Part shown: one piece after another, positions 38,601-47,427 of the stretch
Position numbering within the stretch: the stretch's first letter is position 1
How the letters are laid out: each line of letters opens with the position of its first letter
Source of the DNA: Flavobacteriales bacterium
GTDB lineage: Bacteria > Bacteroidota > Bacteroidia > Flavobacteriales_F > PHOS-HE28
NCBI GenBank assembly: GCA_016715895.1
Contig: JADJXH010000004.1
Location: forward strand, 287,522 to 351,521
DNA: 64,000 nt
Direction: 5' to 3'
Program-made: the position numbers and the translations under genes
Notes under the pieces: generated by a model
Seen by the model: only the letters and a program-made list of their open reading frames with translations
Told to the model about the DNA's origin: nothing
The model's database searches: none

Positions 38601-40282
38601 CGGCCACGCCGTTGACCACCACCACCTATGTGCTGGCCGTCACGGACACCATCAGTGGATGCGTGCTGACGGAGGACATTGACATCACGGTGAGCACGGC
38701 CTACGTGGTGGAGGCCACCCCGGACACCTCGCTCTGCGATCCGGTGGGCTTCGTCCTTGACGTGCAGCACAACGTGCCGGGGGCCATCATCAGCTGGACC
38801 CCGACGAACCAGCTCGTGGGGGCCAACACCGCGAACCCGGTGATCACGTTCGACTCCACCGCCCAGTACATCGTGGTGGTGCAGGATGCCCTAGGCTGTT
38901 CGGCCCGTGACACGGTGAACATCAACGTTCCTTTCGACGACCTCACCTTCATCTCCGACTCGTCGCTGTGCGCGGGCCAGAGCATGGTGATCGATGCAGG
39001 ATACCCGGGCAGCACGTATGCCTGGAGCACCACCGCCACCACACAGAGCATCACCGTCTCCGCAGCGGGCGCCTACACCGTGGTCATCACCGACACGCTC
39101 GGCTGCCAGGCCACCTTCACCACCAACGTGACGGTGGACCCCCTGCCGGTGATCGTCCTCGGGCCTGACACCTCGCTGTGCATCGGACAGAACTGGACCC
39201 TGGACGCCGGCAACCCGGGCAGCCAGTACCTGTGGAACACCACGGCCGTCACGCAGGCCATCACGGTGAGCACGAACGACCTGTACTGGGTCGAGGTGAC
39301 GGATGGGAACGATTGTGTGAACACCGACAGCATCAACGTCGTGTTCGACCCGCTGCCGGTGATCGACCTGCGCGACACCACGGTGTGCATCAGCGAGACG
39401 ATCACGCTGGACGCGGGCAACGCGGGCAGCAGCTACCTCTGGAGCACGGGTGAGACCACCCAGGCCATCCAGGTGGACAGCGTGAGCGCGACCTACTCGG
39501 TGGTGGTGACCACGCCCACCTGGTGCGTCGATTCCGCCGATGCGGTGATCGACATCATCCCCTTCCCCATCGTGGACCTTGGTCCGGACACGGCGCTGTG
39601 CGACACCGACACCATGGACCTGAACGCGGGCAACCCCGGCCAGGCCTACATCTGGAGCAACGGCGCCCTGACGCAGACGACCTTCGTCACCACCACGCAA
39701 CAGGTGTGGGTGGACGTGTTCAACGGGTATTGCACCACGCGCGACACCGTGGAGGTGGTCTTCAACCCCCTGCCGAACATCATCACCGAGGAGGAGCAGG
39801 TGATCTGCCTGGACCACTGGCCGAAGAAAACCCTCCTGGATGCCGGAAACCCCGGTTGCACCTACCTGTGGAGCACCGACGAGGAGACACAGACCATCGA
39901 GGTGAACACCTACGGCTGGTACATCGTGGACATCACCACCCCGCTGAACTGCACCATCACCGACTCGATCGAAGTGGTGGAGTACTGCCCTCCGCAGTGC
40001 TTCGTGCCGAACAGCTTCACGCCGGACGGTGACGGGGTGAACGACCTGTTCATGCCGAGCGGCTACAACATCGCCACCATGGAGATGAAGATCTTCGACC
40101 GGTGGGGCGAGGAGATCTTCGCCGGCAAGGATGCGGAAGTGGGATGGGATGGCAAGCGCAACGGCACGGACGTCCAGGACGGCGTGTATGTGTGGAAGCT
40201 GAAGTACCGCTTCATCGAGGACGTGAACGGCATGATCGGCGCGGAGAAGGAGAGCGTGGGCCATGTGACCCTGATCCGCTGA
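35675..40282 (+). CDS. Giant (1,535 aa) repeat-rich adhesin-like protein: IgGFc-binding-like N-terminal domain, ~10 tandem ~75-aa Ig/PKD-like modules, type-B T9SS (gliding-associated CHU_C) C-terminal domain
   Basis: Signal peptide MMMRSFLCALPVVAVLSLGQVHGQ. N-terminal 'GKEFWLGFMQNY...DIFISSP' domain. Modules of the form 'LDAGNPGS.YLWSTG.TTQ.I.V...G.Y.V.VT...GC...D.I.V.F.PLP...LG.DT..C'. C-terminus 'CPPQCFVPNSFTPDGDGVNDLFMPSGYNIATMEMKIFDRWGEEIF...GWDGKRNGTDVQDGVYVWKLKYRF' is a type-B sorting domain. Confidence 0.8.
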   Translation: MMMRSFLCALPVVAVLSLGQVHGQGVVPTMGKEFWLGFMQNYQGNPTQSLDIFISSPVATVGVVTMPLVGWTQAFNVSPNVTTTVTIPIATAMHYQSDIIDNKSVLVQTQDTVAVFAINFEQYTADGTTVYPVQSLGTEYRIHAYGGLSGVAGLASEFLIVSTQDDTEVEITTTVNTEGGHVAGVPWTVQLDSGQTYQVKAAGTNVTDDFTGTTIIGTAQSGSCRPFAVFSGSVCTNIPTGCYACDHVVEQNLPRNVWGRKYYSVPYSTTTGYTYRILADQNGTVVTVNGGPPINLNAGQFTEVNAYGQAACFEGNVPFSVAQLMEGITCSGNGDPALLILNAEEQQIDNITFSTVSSTVITNHYLNIITETANINQVSLDGVLVPAASFTAYPACPTAAYASVPLTQGSHTLTCPGGLSAYVYGMGSAESYAYSVGSFTPLPPINIDSVFCGVDSTGTLTLAPPNPLFNPFWTVISDPTDTLHYGFSYTFTPPGSDVYVVTGYENLSQCEEQYFFSVEVDTPPLLTPTANGVPSPASITICEYETVQLNVDVDPPGTYLYNWWPDPQLNDGSLQNPIATPTQSGWFYVSVSTLNGCAVSLDSVYIDVIQGDILLYEASTAVDALCLGDSSQLDLQVHQIIAEDPFDLVFSPMWSSIQGGTISNACGSVFGDALYFDGVNPRQATTGAMNVINGGSVSFAIKIGAAAPPCDDADPGEDVVLEYSTNGGGAWTVMATLWEYLYPNFTTVSYPIPPAAQTGATLFRWRQLASSGPGNDNWSLDNVAIGAQGTTGLTINWSPAATLSAANITNPMAYPTSTGWYYVQSTLTGTQCSYQDSVYIEVGAPFSIAMTPDTAICDLGGIQLDAAPSSGTNHTWTWTPNNGTLSATFVQSPIATPATTTEYFVTVTTGQGCSATDSVTITVNQLLGLTITTPDDDLCQGESTLLDATIAGNTTNLVYSWTPAGSLSDGTVQDPTATPLTTTTYVLAVTDTISGCVLTEDIDITVSTAYVVEATPDTSLCDPVGFVLDVQHNVPGAIISWTPTNQLVGANTANPVITFDSTAQYIVVVQDALGCSARDTVNINVPFDDLTFISDSSLCAGQSMVIDAGYPGSTYAWSTTATTQSITVSAAGAYTVVITDTLGCQATFTTNVTVDPLPVIVLGPDTSLCIGQNWTLDAGNPGSQYLWNTTAVTQAITVSTNDLYWVEVTDGNDCVNTDSINVVFDPLPVIDLRDTTVCISETITLDAGNAGSSYLWSTGETTQAIQVDSVSATYSVVVTTPTWCVDSADAVIDIIPFPIVDLGPDTALCDTDTMDLNAGNPGQAYIWSNGALTQTTFVTTTQQVWVDVFNGYCTTRDTVEVVFNPLPNIITEEEQVICLDHWPKKTLLDAGNPGCTYLWSTDEETQTIEVNTYGWYIVDITTPLNCTITDSIEVVEYCPPQCFVPNSFTPDGDGVNDLFMPSGYNIATMEMKIFDRWGEEIFAGKDAEVGWDGKRNGTDVQDGVYVWKLKYRFIEDVNGMIGAEKESVGHVTLIR

Positions 40283-40302
40283 CGACGGGCGACCGTTGCT
40301 GC

Positions 40303-40329
40303 GAAGGGCCGGGGTTCTCCCGGCCCTTC
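40303..40329 (+). terminator. GC-rich hairpin 21 nt after the stop of the first giant gene (candidate intrinsic terminator or attenuator)
   Basis: GAAGGGCCGGG-gttct-CCCGGCCCTTC: 11-bp perfect stem, extendable to 13 bp. No U-tract follows, which is common in high-GC genomes. Confidence 0.4.
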
Positions 40330-40402
40330 GCCGTTCCAGGCCGGGAACCTTGACGGGTGGATCCCGTATGCACGGCGCGAACCACCCCGCTCTTCGGTGG
40401 AC

Positions 40403-43400
40403 ATGACCGCCCGAACCCCCTTCCTGCACATGCGCCCGGCACTGGTCGTCGGCCTTGTCGTCCTGTGCCTGAGCAGTGCATCGGCCCAGGTCAACGGCCC
40501 GATGCCGACCCTCGGCACGGACCTGTGGACCGGCTTCATGCAGAACGCCTATGGTGCCCAGGAGACGCGGTTGTACATCAGCGCGCCCTCCGCCACCACT
40601 GGCACGGTGAGCATTCCCCAGACCGGCTGGAGCCAGGCCTTCAGTGTTCCGGCGAACGGGGTCGTGCAGGTGAACGTCCCCAACACCGCCGAACATGTCG
40701 GTTCCGAAACAGTGACCGGAAAAGGGGTCCGGATCCAGGCGGTCGCACCCGTGGCCGTCACCGCGGTGAGCTACCAGAGCTACACCCATGATGGCACCCA
40801 GGTGCTTCCGGTGGAAGCGCTGGGCACCGACTACTTCGCCGAGGCCTACCGCGGCCTCCCCGGGTTCAACGAATTCTACAAGAGCGAGCTGCTCATCGTG
40901 GCCACCACCGATGACACGGAAGTGGAGATCACCCCCAGCGTGAACACCGCCGGGGGGCGGCCCGCAGGCGTCCCCTTCACGGTGATGCTCGACGAGGGCC
41001 AGAGCTATCAGGTGCAATCGGCCCTGTCGTCGCTGGACCTCACGGGCACGCGCGTCCGGGCCACAGCGGCGAGCGGTCCCTGCCGTCCCTTCGTGGTGCT
41101 CAGCGGGAGCATGTGCGCCAATGTGCCGGTGGGCTGCCCGGCCTGCGACCACGTGGTGGAGCAGATGCTCCCACTGGAGCGCTGGGGCACCTCGTTCAAG
41201 ACCTTCCTGCCCGGCGGGATCTCCAATGCGACCGTGCGCGTCCTTGCCGGCCAGAACGGCACCAGCGTCACCGTGAACGGAGGCGCGCCCATCTCCCTGA
41301 ACGCCGGCCAGGCCCACGAACTGAACGGACTTGCAGGCACCGCGTGCATCAACGCGTCGGCGCCCGTCTCGGTGGTCGTCATCTATGAAGGGTACAACTG
41401 CGCCAACGCGGGCGACCCCTCGATGGTGGTGATCGAACCGGACGACCGCACGACCACCTCCACCACCTTCAGCACGGTGAGTTCGCCGCAGATCACCGGC
41501 CACCGGGTGGAACTGGTGGTGCCCACCGCCGTGGTGGGCCAGGTGGCCGTGGATGGCACAGCCGTGCCGGCCGGCAGCTTCACGGCCTTCGCCACGTGCC
41601 CCACCTGGTCGCATGCCAGCCGCACGATCACCTCGGGCACGCACCGCGTCACCGCTCCGCAGGGCATCCATGTGTACGCCACCGGCTTCGGCACGGGCGA
41701 GAGCTATGCGTTCAACGCCAACGCCACCGAGGTACCGGTGGTGGTGCAGGACTCGCTGCTGTGCGTGAACGGGCCGGTGACGTTGACCTCGCCCGAGCCC
41801 ATGGACAACCCGCAGTGGGAGGCCGCCAGCACACCGGGGGTGGTGCTCGCCAACGGGCTGAGCTACTCGTTCACACCCACCACCAACGACACGTACACGG
41901 TCTCCGGCACGGCACCGGGATCCACCTGTCCCCTGGAGTTCACGTTCCATGTCGGCATCCAGGTGCCCGTGACGGTGGAGGCCACGGCCAACGGAGGGAA
42001 CGCGGCCCAGATCTGCCAGTACCAGCCCGTGCAGCTCGGCACCACGCCGAACCTCGACCCCAATGCCTATGCGCTGAACTGGACACCGGCGGCCGTGGTG
42101 AGCGACCCCACCATCCCCGACCCGGTGGCCTATCCGATGACCACCACGTGGTTCAAGCTGAACGTGACCAGCCCACTGGGCTGCGGCAGCGCCACCGACA
42201 GTGTGCTCGTTCAGGTGACACCGAACACGGTGCACAGTGTGGAGGCCATCACGGCCGACAGCATCATCTGCCTGGGGGACGCGGTGCAACTGGGCACCCG
42301 CACGCAGCGGATGATCGGCTTCGACCCGTTGGACAACACCACCTCGGCGATGTGGGCCCAGGTGCAGGGCGGTGGCGTGAGCGGCACCTGTGGGGCGGTC
42401 AACGGCAACGCGCTCCTGTTCAATGGAACGGGCACGCGGCAGGCACGCACCACCCCCGCCAACGTGCCCCAGGGCGGCACCCTGATGTTCAGCCTGTGGA
42501 TCTCGGGCGGCACGGCACCCTGTGACGGTGCCGAACCCGGGGAGGACGTGGTGGTGGAATACAGCTTGAACGGGGTGGCCTGGACGGTGATCCAGACCTT
42601 GAACGAGTCGCAATACCCGGCCTTCACCCCGCTCACCCTGGCCATCCCGCCCGCCGCATGGTCCGCCGCCACGCACTTCCGCTGGCGCCAGCTGGCCAAC
42701 AGCGGTGCCGCGCAGGATGTGTGGGCACTGGACAACGTGACGCTCACCCGGGTGGACAACACCGGGGTGCCGCTCCTGTGGTCGCCTGGCGCCACGCTGA
42801 ACGATCCGACGAGCGCGAGCCCGGTGGCCACACCCCTGGCCGACACCTGGTACACCGTGGAGGCCACCAGCGGAACGGGATGCACGGTCAGCGATCCGGT
42901 GTTCGTCCAAGTGGCCCCGGCCTTCACCATCAACGCCGGGAATGACGTGCTGCTCTGCGGCGGCGGACAGATCCAGCTGCAGGCCACCGCCAGTTCCGGC
43001 CAGGGCATCCAATGGAGCTGGGCCCCGAACAACGGAAGCCTGAACAGCACGACCATCGCTGCGCCCATGGCCAGCCCCACCGCCACCACGACCTACACCG
43101 CCACGGCCACCAGCAGCATCGGATGCACGGCGAGCGATGCGGTGACCGTGACGATGGGGCCCCAATTGGGCCTCAGCCTCAGCGCCAGTGACCTCACGCT
43201 GTGCCAGGGGGAGAGCAGCCAGTTGAACGCCGTGATGCAGGGCACAGGGACCTTGCAGCTCCTCTGGAACAACGCCGGCAGCCTCAGCAGCGCCACCGCC
43301 CCGAACCCTGTGGCCACGCCAAGCGGGACGACCACCTACACGGCCACCCTCACGGACACGCAGACCGGCTGCAGCACCCAGGCCTCGATCACGATCGCGG

Positions 43401-45406
43401 TGACCACCGCGTACAGCATCGCGGCCACGGAGGACACCACCCTGTGCAACGCACTGGGCTTCCAGCTCGATGTGCAGCACAACGTGCCCGCACCGTTCAC
43501 CATCGCGTGGACCCCGGCCGCCCTCCTGAACTCAGGGAGCATCGCATCCCCCACGGTGATGGCCGACACCACGATGCTCTTCGAGGTGACGATCACCGAT
43601 GCGAACGGCTGCTCGGTGACGGATTCCGTGCGCATCACCGATGCGTTCGACAGCATGGTGAACCCGGTGAACATCGCGGGATGCGTCGGCCAGAACGTGG
43701 TGCTGGACGCCGGGTTCCCCGGAAGCACCTACGTCTGGGCGCACGGCCCGACCACGCAGACGGTCACGGTGACCGCCAGCGGCACGTACGTGGTGGAGAT
43801 CACGGACGCCCAGGGCTGCCAGACCACCAAGACCTTCAACGTCGCGCTGAACGCCTTGCCAGCGCTCGACCTGGGGCCTGACAGCCTGCTCTGCGGGGTC
43901 ACCGCGTTCACCATCCAGGCCAACAGCCCGGGCAGCACTGTGGTGTGGGGCAATGGCAGCACGGGGCAGCAGTTCCAAGCGACGGGCAGCGGCACCTACA
44001 CCGCCACCGCCACCAGCGCACAAGGATGCGTGAGCACGGACGCGGTGACCCTCACCTTCGCGCCGATGCCGATCGACGCATTGCAGGACATCACGGCCTG
44101 CTCCACCACTTCGGTGACGCTCGACGCGGGCAACCCCGGGAGCTCCTACCTGTGGAACACGAACGCGACCGGCCAGTCGATCCCGGTGACCACGAGCGGC
44201 ACGTACAGTGTGCTTGTGACCGATCCCCAGGGCTGCAGCGCCACGTTCGATGCCCAGGTCGTTCTGGTGGAACCGCCTGTGGTCGACCTGGGACCCGACA
44301 CCACGGTTTGCACCGGTCCGGGTGTCGTGCTGGACGCCGGCAACCCGGGCAGCACCTACCTGTGGAGCACCGGCGCCACGGGACAGACCATCAGCCCCTC
44401 GCAGAGCGGCCTCTACGGGGTCCTGGTCAGCAACTCCGTCTGCCAGGCGTCGGACAGCGTGATGCTCACCGTGCTTCCCGGGCCGGTGGACGGACCGATC
44501 GACGCCACCGCGTGCACCGGCGAACCCGTGCTGCTCGACGCCGGCAACCCCGGAAGCACCTACGCCTGGAGCACCGGGGCGACCACACGGACCATCACAG
44601 CTGCCACGGCGGGAACGTACACCGTGCTGGTGACCACGGCGCAGGGCTGCACCGGTTCCTTTGATGCCGCGGTGACCTTCGTCCCCTGGCCCGTCGTGGA
44701 CCTGGGACCGGACACGGCCCTGTGCCAGGGCGATGTGCTGACCCTGGATGCAGGCAACCCCGGCGCAGCGTACACCTGGAGCACGGGCGCCACTGCACGC
44801 ACCATCGACGTGGTGCAGAACGGCACATACAGCGTCACCGTGGACAACGGATACTGCAGCGTGAGCGACGCCGTGGTGACCGGTTTCAATCCGCGTCCCA
44901 GCAGCATGCCCGTGCACCAGATCTTCACCTGCCTGGACGAGGAGCCGCATTTCGTGGTGATCGATGCCGGCAATCCGGGCTCGCGCTTCGACTGGAGTTC
45001 GGGGGAGACCGCACAGATCATCCTTGCCGGCGCGTACGGCTGGTACTTCGTCGACATCACCAACACGTTCAACTGCGGTCTGCGCGACTCGGTGAAGGTG
45101 AACGAGTTCTGCCCGGCGAGCATCTATGTGCCCAACACCTTCACCCCCAACGCCGATGGCATCAACGACACCTGGGGGCCGGTGGGCAAGAACGTGGCCA
45201 CGATGGAACTGATCGTGTTCGACCGCTGGGGTGGAGTGCTTTGGCAGACCAACAGCCCCACCGACCAATGGGACGGCACCGCACATGGTGCGGAGGTCCC
45301 CAACGAGGTCTATGTGTGGAAGATGCGCTACCGCTTCGTGGACGACGAGCAGGGTGGCGTGGGCATGGAACAGGAGCGCATGGGGCACGTGACGGTCATG
45401 CGCTGA
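40403..45406 (+). CDS. Giant (~1,667 aa) paralogue of the preceding adhesin-like protein (same N-domain, repeat modules, type-B T9SS CTD)
   Basis: 'PTLGTDLWTGFMQNAYG...LYISAP' N-domain. The same 'LDAGNPGSTY.WSTGATTQTI' modules. C-terminus 'EFCPASIYVPNTFTPNADGINDTWGPVGKNVATMELIVFDRWGGVLW...QWDGTAHGAEVPNEVYVWKMRYRF'. First ATG is at 40403 (the ORF track starts at GTG 40397). Confidence 0.8.
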   Translation: MTARTPFLHMRPALVVGLVVLCLSSASAQVNGPMPTLGTDLWTGFMQNAYGAQETRLYISAPSATTGTVSIPQTGWSQAFSVPANGVVQVNVPNTAEHVGSETVTGKGVRIQAVAPVAVTAVSYQSYTHDGTQVLPVEALGTDYFAEAYRGLPGFNEFYKSELLIVATTDDTEVEITPSVNTAGGRPAGVPFTVMLDEGQSYQVQSALSSLDLTGTRVRATAASGPCRPFVVLSGSMCANVPVGCPACDHVVEQMLPLERWGTSFKTFLPGGISNATVRVLAGQNGTSVTVNGGAPISLNAGQAHELNGLAGTACINASAPVSVVVIYEGYNCANAGDPSMVVIEPDDRTTTSTTFSTVSSPQITGHRVELVVPTAVVGQVAVDGTAVPAGSFTAFATCPTWSHASRTITSGTHRVTAPQGIHVYATGFGTGESYAFNANATEVPVVVQDSLLCVNGPVTLTSPEPMDNPQWEAASTPGVVLANGLSYSFTPTTNDTYTVSGTAPGSTCPLEFTFHVGIQVPVTVEATANGGNAAQICQYQPVQLGTTPNLDPNAYALNWTPAAVVSDPTIPDPVAYPMTTTWFKLNVTSPLGCGSATDSVLVQVTPNTVHSVEAITADSIICLGDAVQLGTRTQRMIGFDPLDNTTSAMWAQVQGGGVSGTCGAVNGNALLFNGTGTRQARTTPANVPQGGTLMFSLWISGGTAPCDGAEPGEDVVVEYSLNGVAWTVIQTLNESQYPAFTPLTLAIPPAAWSAATHFRWRQLANSGAAQDVWALDNVTLTRVDNTGVPLLWSPGATLNDPTSASPVATPLADTWYTVEATSGTGCTVSDPVFVQVAPAFTINAGNDVLLCGGGQIQLQATASSGQGIQWSWAPNNGSLNSTTIAAPMASPTATTTYTATATSSIGCTASDAVTVTMGPQLGLSLSASDLTLCQGESSQLNAVMQGTGTLQLLWNNAGSLSSATAPNPVATPSGTTTYTATLTDTQTGCSTQASITIAVTTAYSIAATEDTTLCNALGFQLDVQHNVPAPFTIAWTPAALLNSGSIASPTVMADTTMLFEVTITDANGCSVTDSVRITDAFDSMVNPVNIAGCVGQNVVLDAGFPGSTYVWAHGPTTQTVTVTASGTYVVEITDAQGCQTTKTFNVALNALPALDLGPDSLLCGVTAFTIQANSPGSTVVWGNGSTGQQFQATGSGTYTATATSAQGCVSTDAVTLTFAPMPIDALQDITACSTTSVTLDAGNPGSSYLWNTNATGQSIPVTTSGTYSVLVTDPQGCSATFDAQVVLVEPPVVDLGPDTTVCTGPGVVLDAGNPGSTYLWSTGATGQTISPSQSGLYGVLVSNSVCQASDSVMLTVLPGPVDGPIDATACTGEPVLLDAGNPGSTYAWSTGATTRTITAATAGTYTVLVTTAQGCTGSFDAAVTFVPWPVVDLGPDTALCQGDVLTLDAGNPGAAYTWSTGATARTIDVVQNGTYSVTVDNGYCSVSDAVVTGFNPRPSSMPVHQIFTCLDEEPHFVVIDAGNPGSRFDWSSGETAQIILAGAYGWYFVDITNTFNCGLRDSVKVNEFCPASIYVPNTFTPNADGINDTWGPVGKNVATMELIVFDRWGGVLWQTNSPTDQWDGTAHGAEVPNEVYVWKMRYRFVDDEQGGVGMEQERMGHVTVMR

Positions 45407-45411
45407 CCCGA

Positions 45412-46191
45412 TCAGAGGCGCAGCTCGAACGCATCGGCCTCCAGGGCCACCGGGAACTTCGCCCGGAAGTCCTCCAGCTCCGCACGATCCAGGATGGCGG
45501 TCACCAGGCCCTCCTGGGAGGGCTCCACAGCGGCCACCGCGGCCCCACGGGGACCGATCACCACACTGTCGCCGCTGTAGTGGATGCCCTTGCCGTCCAT
45601 GCCCACTCGGTTGACCCCGGCCACGTAGCACTGGTTCTCGATGGCGCGTGCGATGAGCAACTGGCTCCACGGATAGCGCCGCGCCTCCGGCCAGTTCGCG
45701 ACGTACAGGATGGCATCGTAGTCGCCGCGGTTGCGCGCGAACACCGGGAAGCGCAGGTCGAAGCAGATCTGCAGCAACAGCCGCCATCCCTGCCACTCCA
45801 CCACCACCCGCTCACGGCCCGGGCTGTAGTGGTCCGTCTCGTTCGCGAAGCGGAAGAGGTGCCGCTTGTCATACACGGTGACCTGCCCGTCGGGCTTCAC
45901 GAAGAGCCCGCGGTTGAAGCGGTGGCCGCCCTCGGCAATGATCACGCTCCCATAGAGGGCCGCATCCAGCGCGGCGGCCTGCGTTCGCATCCACTCCACG
46001 GTCGGACCATTCAAGGCCTCCGCGAGTTCATGGCTGCGCATGCTGAAGCCCGTTGTGAACATTTCCGGCAGCACGACGAGGTCGGTCGTGCCTTTCGATC
46101 CAGCGAGTTTATCGCTGAACATCGCCCGGTTCGCGGCCGCATCCTCCCAATGGAGCATGCTTTGCACCAACGTCATCCTCAGATCCCGCAT
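45412..46191 (-). CDS. Carbon-nitrogen hydrolase family protein (omega-amidase, YafV-like)
   Basis: Nitrilase-superfamily catalytic triad context 'VLPEMF' (Glu), 'YDKRHLF' (Lys), 'LLQICFDLRFP' (Cys). Confidence 0.75.
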   Translation of the reverse strand: MRDLRMTLVQSMLHWEDAAANRAMFSDKLAGSKGTTDLVVLPEMFTTGFSMRSHELAEALNGPTVEWMRTQAAALDAALYGSVIIAEGGHRFNRGLFVKPDGQVTVYDKRHLFRFANETDHYSPGRERVVVEWQGWRLLLQICFDLRFPVFARNRGDYDAILYVANWPEARRYPWSQLLIARAIENQCYVAGVNRVGMDGKGIHYSGDSVVIGPRGAAVAAVEPSQEGLVTAILDRAELEDFRAKFPVALEADAFELRL

Positions 46192-47321
46192 AGCTTCTCG
46201 ATCGCTGCGTCCAAGGTAGCGTCCTGCTTGGCGAAGCAGAAGCGCAGCAGTCGTTGACCGGGCGGAGGCTCCTGGTAGAAGGGAGAAAGCGGGATCGTCG
46301 CCACCCCGAACTCCCTCGCCACGCGTTCGGCAAAGGCCCGATCGCCCTCGTCGCTGATGGCACTGTAATCGGCCGTCTGGAAGTACGAGCCCTCGCAGGG
46401 CAGCAGCGTGAACCGCGAGTTCCTCATGCCGGCCACGAAGCGATCCCGCTTGGCCTGGTAGAAGGCCGAGACCTGCTCGTAATGCGCGGGCTCCTGCATG
46501 TAGGCCGCCAAGGCATGCTGCATCGGTGTGTTCGCGCTGAACACGTTGAACTGGTGCACCTTGCGGAACTCAGCCATCAGGGCCTTCGGGGCCAGGGCAT
46601 AGCCCATCTTCCAGCCGGTGGCGTGGAACACCTTGCCGAAGCTGAAGATCACAAAGGCGCGTTCGCGCAGCTCCGGGTAGTTGATCGCGGAAGCGTGGGG
46701 CTCGCCATCGAAGACCAAGTGCTCGTAAACCTCGTCGCTCAGCAGCAGGATGTCGGTGCCGCGCAGCAGGTCGGCGATCCGCCGCATGTCCGCATCGCGC
46801 AGGATGGTGCCTGCCGGGTTGTGCGGCGTGTTGATCATCAGCATGCGGGTGCGGGGCGTGATGGCCGCCTTCACCGCTCCCGCATCGAACTTCATGTCCG
46901 CACCCAGGCGCACATGCACCGGCCTGCCGCCGAACAGCTCCACCGTGGGCGCGTAGCAGTCATAGGCAGGATCGATGATGATCACCTCATCGCCGGGATG
47001 GACGACCGCCCCCAGGGCCGTGAAGATGGCCTGGGTACCGCCCGCTGTCACCGTCACCTCCGTGTCGGGATCATAGTTGAAGCCGTACAGCCGCTTCACC
47101 TTGACCGCGATGGCCTCCCGCAAGGCCGGCAGACCCGGCATGGGCGCGTACTGGTTGTGCCCGGCCCGCATGGCCTTGTCCACCAACTCGATGAGCCTGC
47201 TGTCGATGGGGAAGTCGGGGAAGCCCTGGCTCAGGTTGATGGCGCCGCACTCCTGCGCGAGCTTGCTCATCACCGTGAAGATGGTGGTGCCGACGTGGGG
47301 GAGCTTGCTGGTCAACCGCAT
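46179..47321 (-). CDS. PLP-dependent aminotransferase class I (methionine aminotransferase, YbdL-like)
   Basis: 'NLSQGFPDFP' N-terminus. PLP-lysine region 'FSFGKVFHATGWKMGY'. About 380 aa. Adjacent to the omega-amidase, as in methionine/2-oxoacid salvage pairs. Confidence 0.75.
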   Translation of the reverse strand: MRLTSKLPHVGTTIFTVMSKLAQECGAINLSQGFPDFPIDSRLIELVDKAMRAGHNQYAPMPGLPALREAIAVKVKRLYGFNYDPDTEVTVTAGGTQAIFTALGAVVHPGDEVIIIDPAYDCYAPTVELFGGRPVHVRLGADMKFDAGAVKAAITPRTRMLMINTPHNPAGTILRDADMRRIADLLRGTDILLLSDEVYEHLVFDGEPHASAINYPELRERAFVIFSFGKVFHATGWKMGYALAPKALMAEFRKVHQFNVFSANTPMQHALAAYMQEPAHYEQVSAFYQAKRDRFVAGMRNSRFTLLPCEGSYFQTADYSAISDEGDRAFAERVAREFGVATIPLSPFYQEPPPGQRLLRFCFAKQDATLDAAIEKLCGI

Positions 47322-47382
47322 GCTCGGCTAAGCTAAATGGACGCGGGTCCGAGTTCACCACGGGCCATAGATAGGGAACAAG

Positions 47383-47405
47383 AAAGGCCGTCGATGACGG
47401 CCTTT
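47383..47405 (-). terminator. Intrinsic terminator-like hairpin downstream of sdhB
   Basis: AAAGGCCGTC-gat-GACGGCCTTT, a perfect 10-bp stem with A/T flanks. On the minus strand it is followed by 'cttgttccc'. Lies between the sdhB stop (47428) and the ybdL-like start (47321). Confidence 0.55.
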
Positions 47406-47427
47406 CCAGTAGTTCATCAGTGATCTT

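Noticed and set aside
35675-45406. CRISPR-like periodicity in the giant genes
   Set aside because: The periodicity is ~225 bp, protein-coding, and in frame with Ig/PKD-like modules. No short direct repeats with unique spacers, and no cas genes.
38891-45796. 1,529-aa and 754-aa minus-strand ORFs antisense to the giant adhesin genes
   Set aside because: GC-driven antisense frames. The sense strand shows periodic module structure and T9SS CTDs.
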